Assembly: GCA_963760795.1 (NCBI GenBank)
Contig: CAVXEP010000029.1
Span: forward strand, 288,001-352,000
Source of the DNA: an uncultured delta proteobacterium
Lineage (GTDB): Bacteria; Desulfobacterota; Binatia; UBA9968
Length of the DNA: 64,000 bases
Reading direction: 5' to 3'
The notes under the pieces are model-generated. The model saw only the letters and a list, made by a program, of their open reading frames with translations, was not told the DNA's origin and did no database searches. The number at the start of each line of letters is the position of its first letter. Position 1 is the first letter of the stretch. Positions 62,181-64,000 of the stretch are shown one piece after another. A program made the position numbers and the translations under genes.

Positions 62181-64000
62181 ATGGCGATGGCACAGGCACA
62201 AAAAGAATATTCCATTGTCGGCAAGAGAATCACCCGCATCGACGCCTATGAGCGCGTTACGGGTCAGGCGCAGTACACCGGTGATATCCAACTCCCTGGC
62301 ATGCTCTACGCGCGCGTCCTGCGTAGCCCGCATCCGCACGCGCGAATTCTTAGCATCGATACCTCAAAGGCCGAGAAACTGCCGGGCGTAAAAGCGATCG
62401 TTCATCACGAAAACGCTAAGGTGCCGTGGTCGAGCGGCGGACATACGCACCAGCGCTTTATCTTCAACAACCCAGTACGCTTCGTCGGTGACCCGGTGGC
62501 TGCGGTGGCGGCCACCGACCGCCACATCGCCGAGGATGCGTTGAAATTGATCGAGGTGAAGTACGAAAAACTTCCCCATGTGCTCGATCCCAACGAAGCG
62601 TTAAAGCCCGACGCGCCCAAGATCGCGCCGCAGGGCAACCTATCGGTGGGCAAAGGCAGTTTCAGCGCGCCAATTGAAGAGACTTGGGGCGACGTTGAAC
62701 AAGGTTTTAAGGAAGCCGATCGGGTCTTTGAAGATACTTACATTACCAAACATGTAAATAATGCCCAGATGGAACGGCGGGTGAGCGTAGCCAAATGGGA
62801 CGCCGGCAAGCTCACCGTATTCGCTTCGACCCAGGGTGTCTCCAACGCGCGCACCGACATCGCCAAGGATTTCAATCTGCCGCTGAGCAAAGTACGGATC
62901 GTCTGCAAGTACATGGGCGGTGGCTTCGGCAACAAGAATCAGGCGCAAGATTACGACTACATGGCGGCGGTATTGGCCAAGGCTGCCGGTCAGCCGGTGA
63001 AGTTGGAATTTACCCGCGAAGACGACTACATCGGCATGCATGGCCGCTGGTCATCGGAGCAACGCTACAAGATCGGCGTCAAGAAAGACGGCACGATTAC
63101 CGCCGTGTCGCTCGACGCCGTCACCAACATGGGCGCTTACCGCAAGCAGAGCGGCAATCTGAGCGGCACGGATTTCTACCAGATTCCCAATTTCCGCAAA
63201 CACATCAAACCGGTGCACACCAACACCGTGGTTGCAGCGAACTACCGGGCGCCGGCGTATCCGCAATCGGTGTTCGGCTTCGCGTCGTTCTTGGATCAGA
63301 TCGCCCATGAGATGGGTATCAATCCCGTCGATATGTTCATGCGTAACCGGATTCAAAAATACAAGAGCAAGATTCCCTTCACTTCGAACTATCTCGAGCA
63401 GTGCATTATCGAGGGTTCCAAGCAGGTAGGCTGGCAGGAGAAGTGGCATAAAGCCGGCGCAATGGGAGGACAGAAAAAACATGGCATCGGCATGGCGCTC
63501 GGCGGCTATCCGTTCCGCCCCGGACTTGGCGCGGCGACAATCCGCCTCAACCCCGACGGCACCGCGCATGTACTGGTCGGCGTCACCGATATCGGCACGG
63601 GTGCCAAGTCGACGATGGCGATCATCGCCGCGGAGGCTTTAGGCATTCCTCTCAACCAGATTCAGCTAACCAACGGCGACACTGACGTGACGCCTTACTC
63701 AGTCGGTGAGTCGGGCAGTCGCACCACGCCATTCACCGGCCCGGCGGTGATCGCTGCGGCGGAAGATGTGCGGCGGCAAATTTTCAATCTCGCCGCTGGG
63801 CAATTGAAAGTGAAGGCGGAGGAACTGGACCTACGCAACAGTGAAGTGTTCGTGAAGGCGGATCCAGCGCAAAAGCTGCCGCTGGATCGGATCGCTTCAC
63901 GGGCCGGCGAAATCATCGGCCGGGCGACGACCAATCCGTCGTTCAAGGATGTTGAAGGTAAAAGCTTCTCGGCGCATTTCGCCGAGGTGGAAGTGGATGC
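62181..64000 (+). CDS. Molybdopterin-binding subunit of the xanthine dehydrogenase family (PaoC-like); 3'-truncated by the window edge
   Basis: Translated by hand: VGKRITRIDAYERVTGQAQYTGD...LRSPHPHARI...STQG...MGGGFGNK...YRAP...DIGTG...SGSRT; SD AGGAGG. Confidence 0.93.
   Translation, partial: MAMAQAQKEYSIVGKRITRIDAYERVTGQAQYTGDIQLPGMLYARVLRSPHPHARILSIDTSKAEKLPGVKAIVHHENAKVPWSSGGHTHQRFIFNNPVRFVGDPVAAVAATDRHIAEDALKLIEVKYEKLPHVLDPNEALKPDAPKIAPQGNLSVGKGSFSAPIEETWGDVEQGFKEADRVFEDTYITKHVNNAQMERRVSVAKWDAGKLTVFASTQGVSNARTDIAKDFNLPLSKVRIVCKYMGGGFGNKNQAQDYDYMAAVLAKAAGQPVKLEFTREDDYIGMHGRWSSEQRYKIGVKKDGTITAVSLDAVTNMGAYRKQSGNLSGTDFYQIPNFRKHIKPVHTNTVVAANYRAPAYPQSVFGFASFLDQIAHEMGINPVDMFMRNRIQKYKSKIPFTSNYLEQCIIEGSKQVGWQEKWHKAGAMGGQKKHGIGMALGGYPFRPGLGAATIRLNPDGTAHVLVGVTDIGTGAKSTMAIIAAEALGIPLNQIQLTNGDTDVTPYSVGESGSRTTPFTGPAVIAAAEDVRRQIFNLAAGQLKVKAEELDLRNSEVFVKADPAQKLPLDRIASRAGEIIGRATTNPSFKDVEGKSFSAHFAEVEVD

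Noticed and set aside
61556-64000. Molybdoenzyme as the aldehyde oxidiser for the aldolase product
   Set aside because: The Tat signal implies a periplasmic location, it has its own promoter region, and an opposite-strand gene separates it from the operon.

Overview
A 64-kb bacterial window, moderately GC-rich. The gene style suggests a soil deltaproteobacterium-like lineage such as Candidatus Binatia; this is an inference, not shown by a marker gene. It has two halves. (1) About 1-42 kb is an accessory signalling and stress island. It holds a 2109-aa poly-HAMP hybrid histidine kinase with a downstream phosphorelay, another sensor kinase, two paralogous sigma-54 activators, three M48 peptidases, a Do/HtrA protease, NDH-2, SOD, and CBS, PRC-barrel, CsbD-like, DUF1328 and DUF3096 proteins. 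It also has a phosphoesterase/nucleotidyltransferase pair, several small ORFs missed by the ORF track, and about 14 sigma-54 (-24/-12) promoter matches. (2) About 42-64 kb is more housekeeping and metabolic: TPP riboswitch-thiS-thiG-thiE, an FAH/amidohydrolase pair, holA-PLD-OB, a D,D-carboxypeptidase, and a Tat-exported molybdoenzyme. The most interesting locus is a MarR-adjacent operon at 52.8-58.8 kb. It encodes a CCG Fe-S oxidoreductase, an atypical nucleoside phosphorylase, an MtnA with a duplicated dead domain, a class II aldolase fused to an SCP2 lipid-binding domain, and an acyl-CoA ligase. It looks like a DHAP-shunt pathway re-tooled for a hydrophobic 5'-substituted nucleoside. Ten frameshifts in eight otherwise intact genes are all +1, which most likely reflects sequencing error. 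No rRNA, tRNA, CRISPR array, transposase or integrase was seen.
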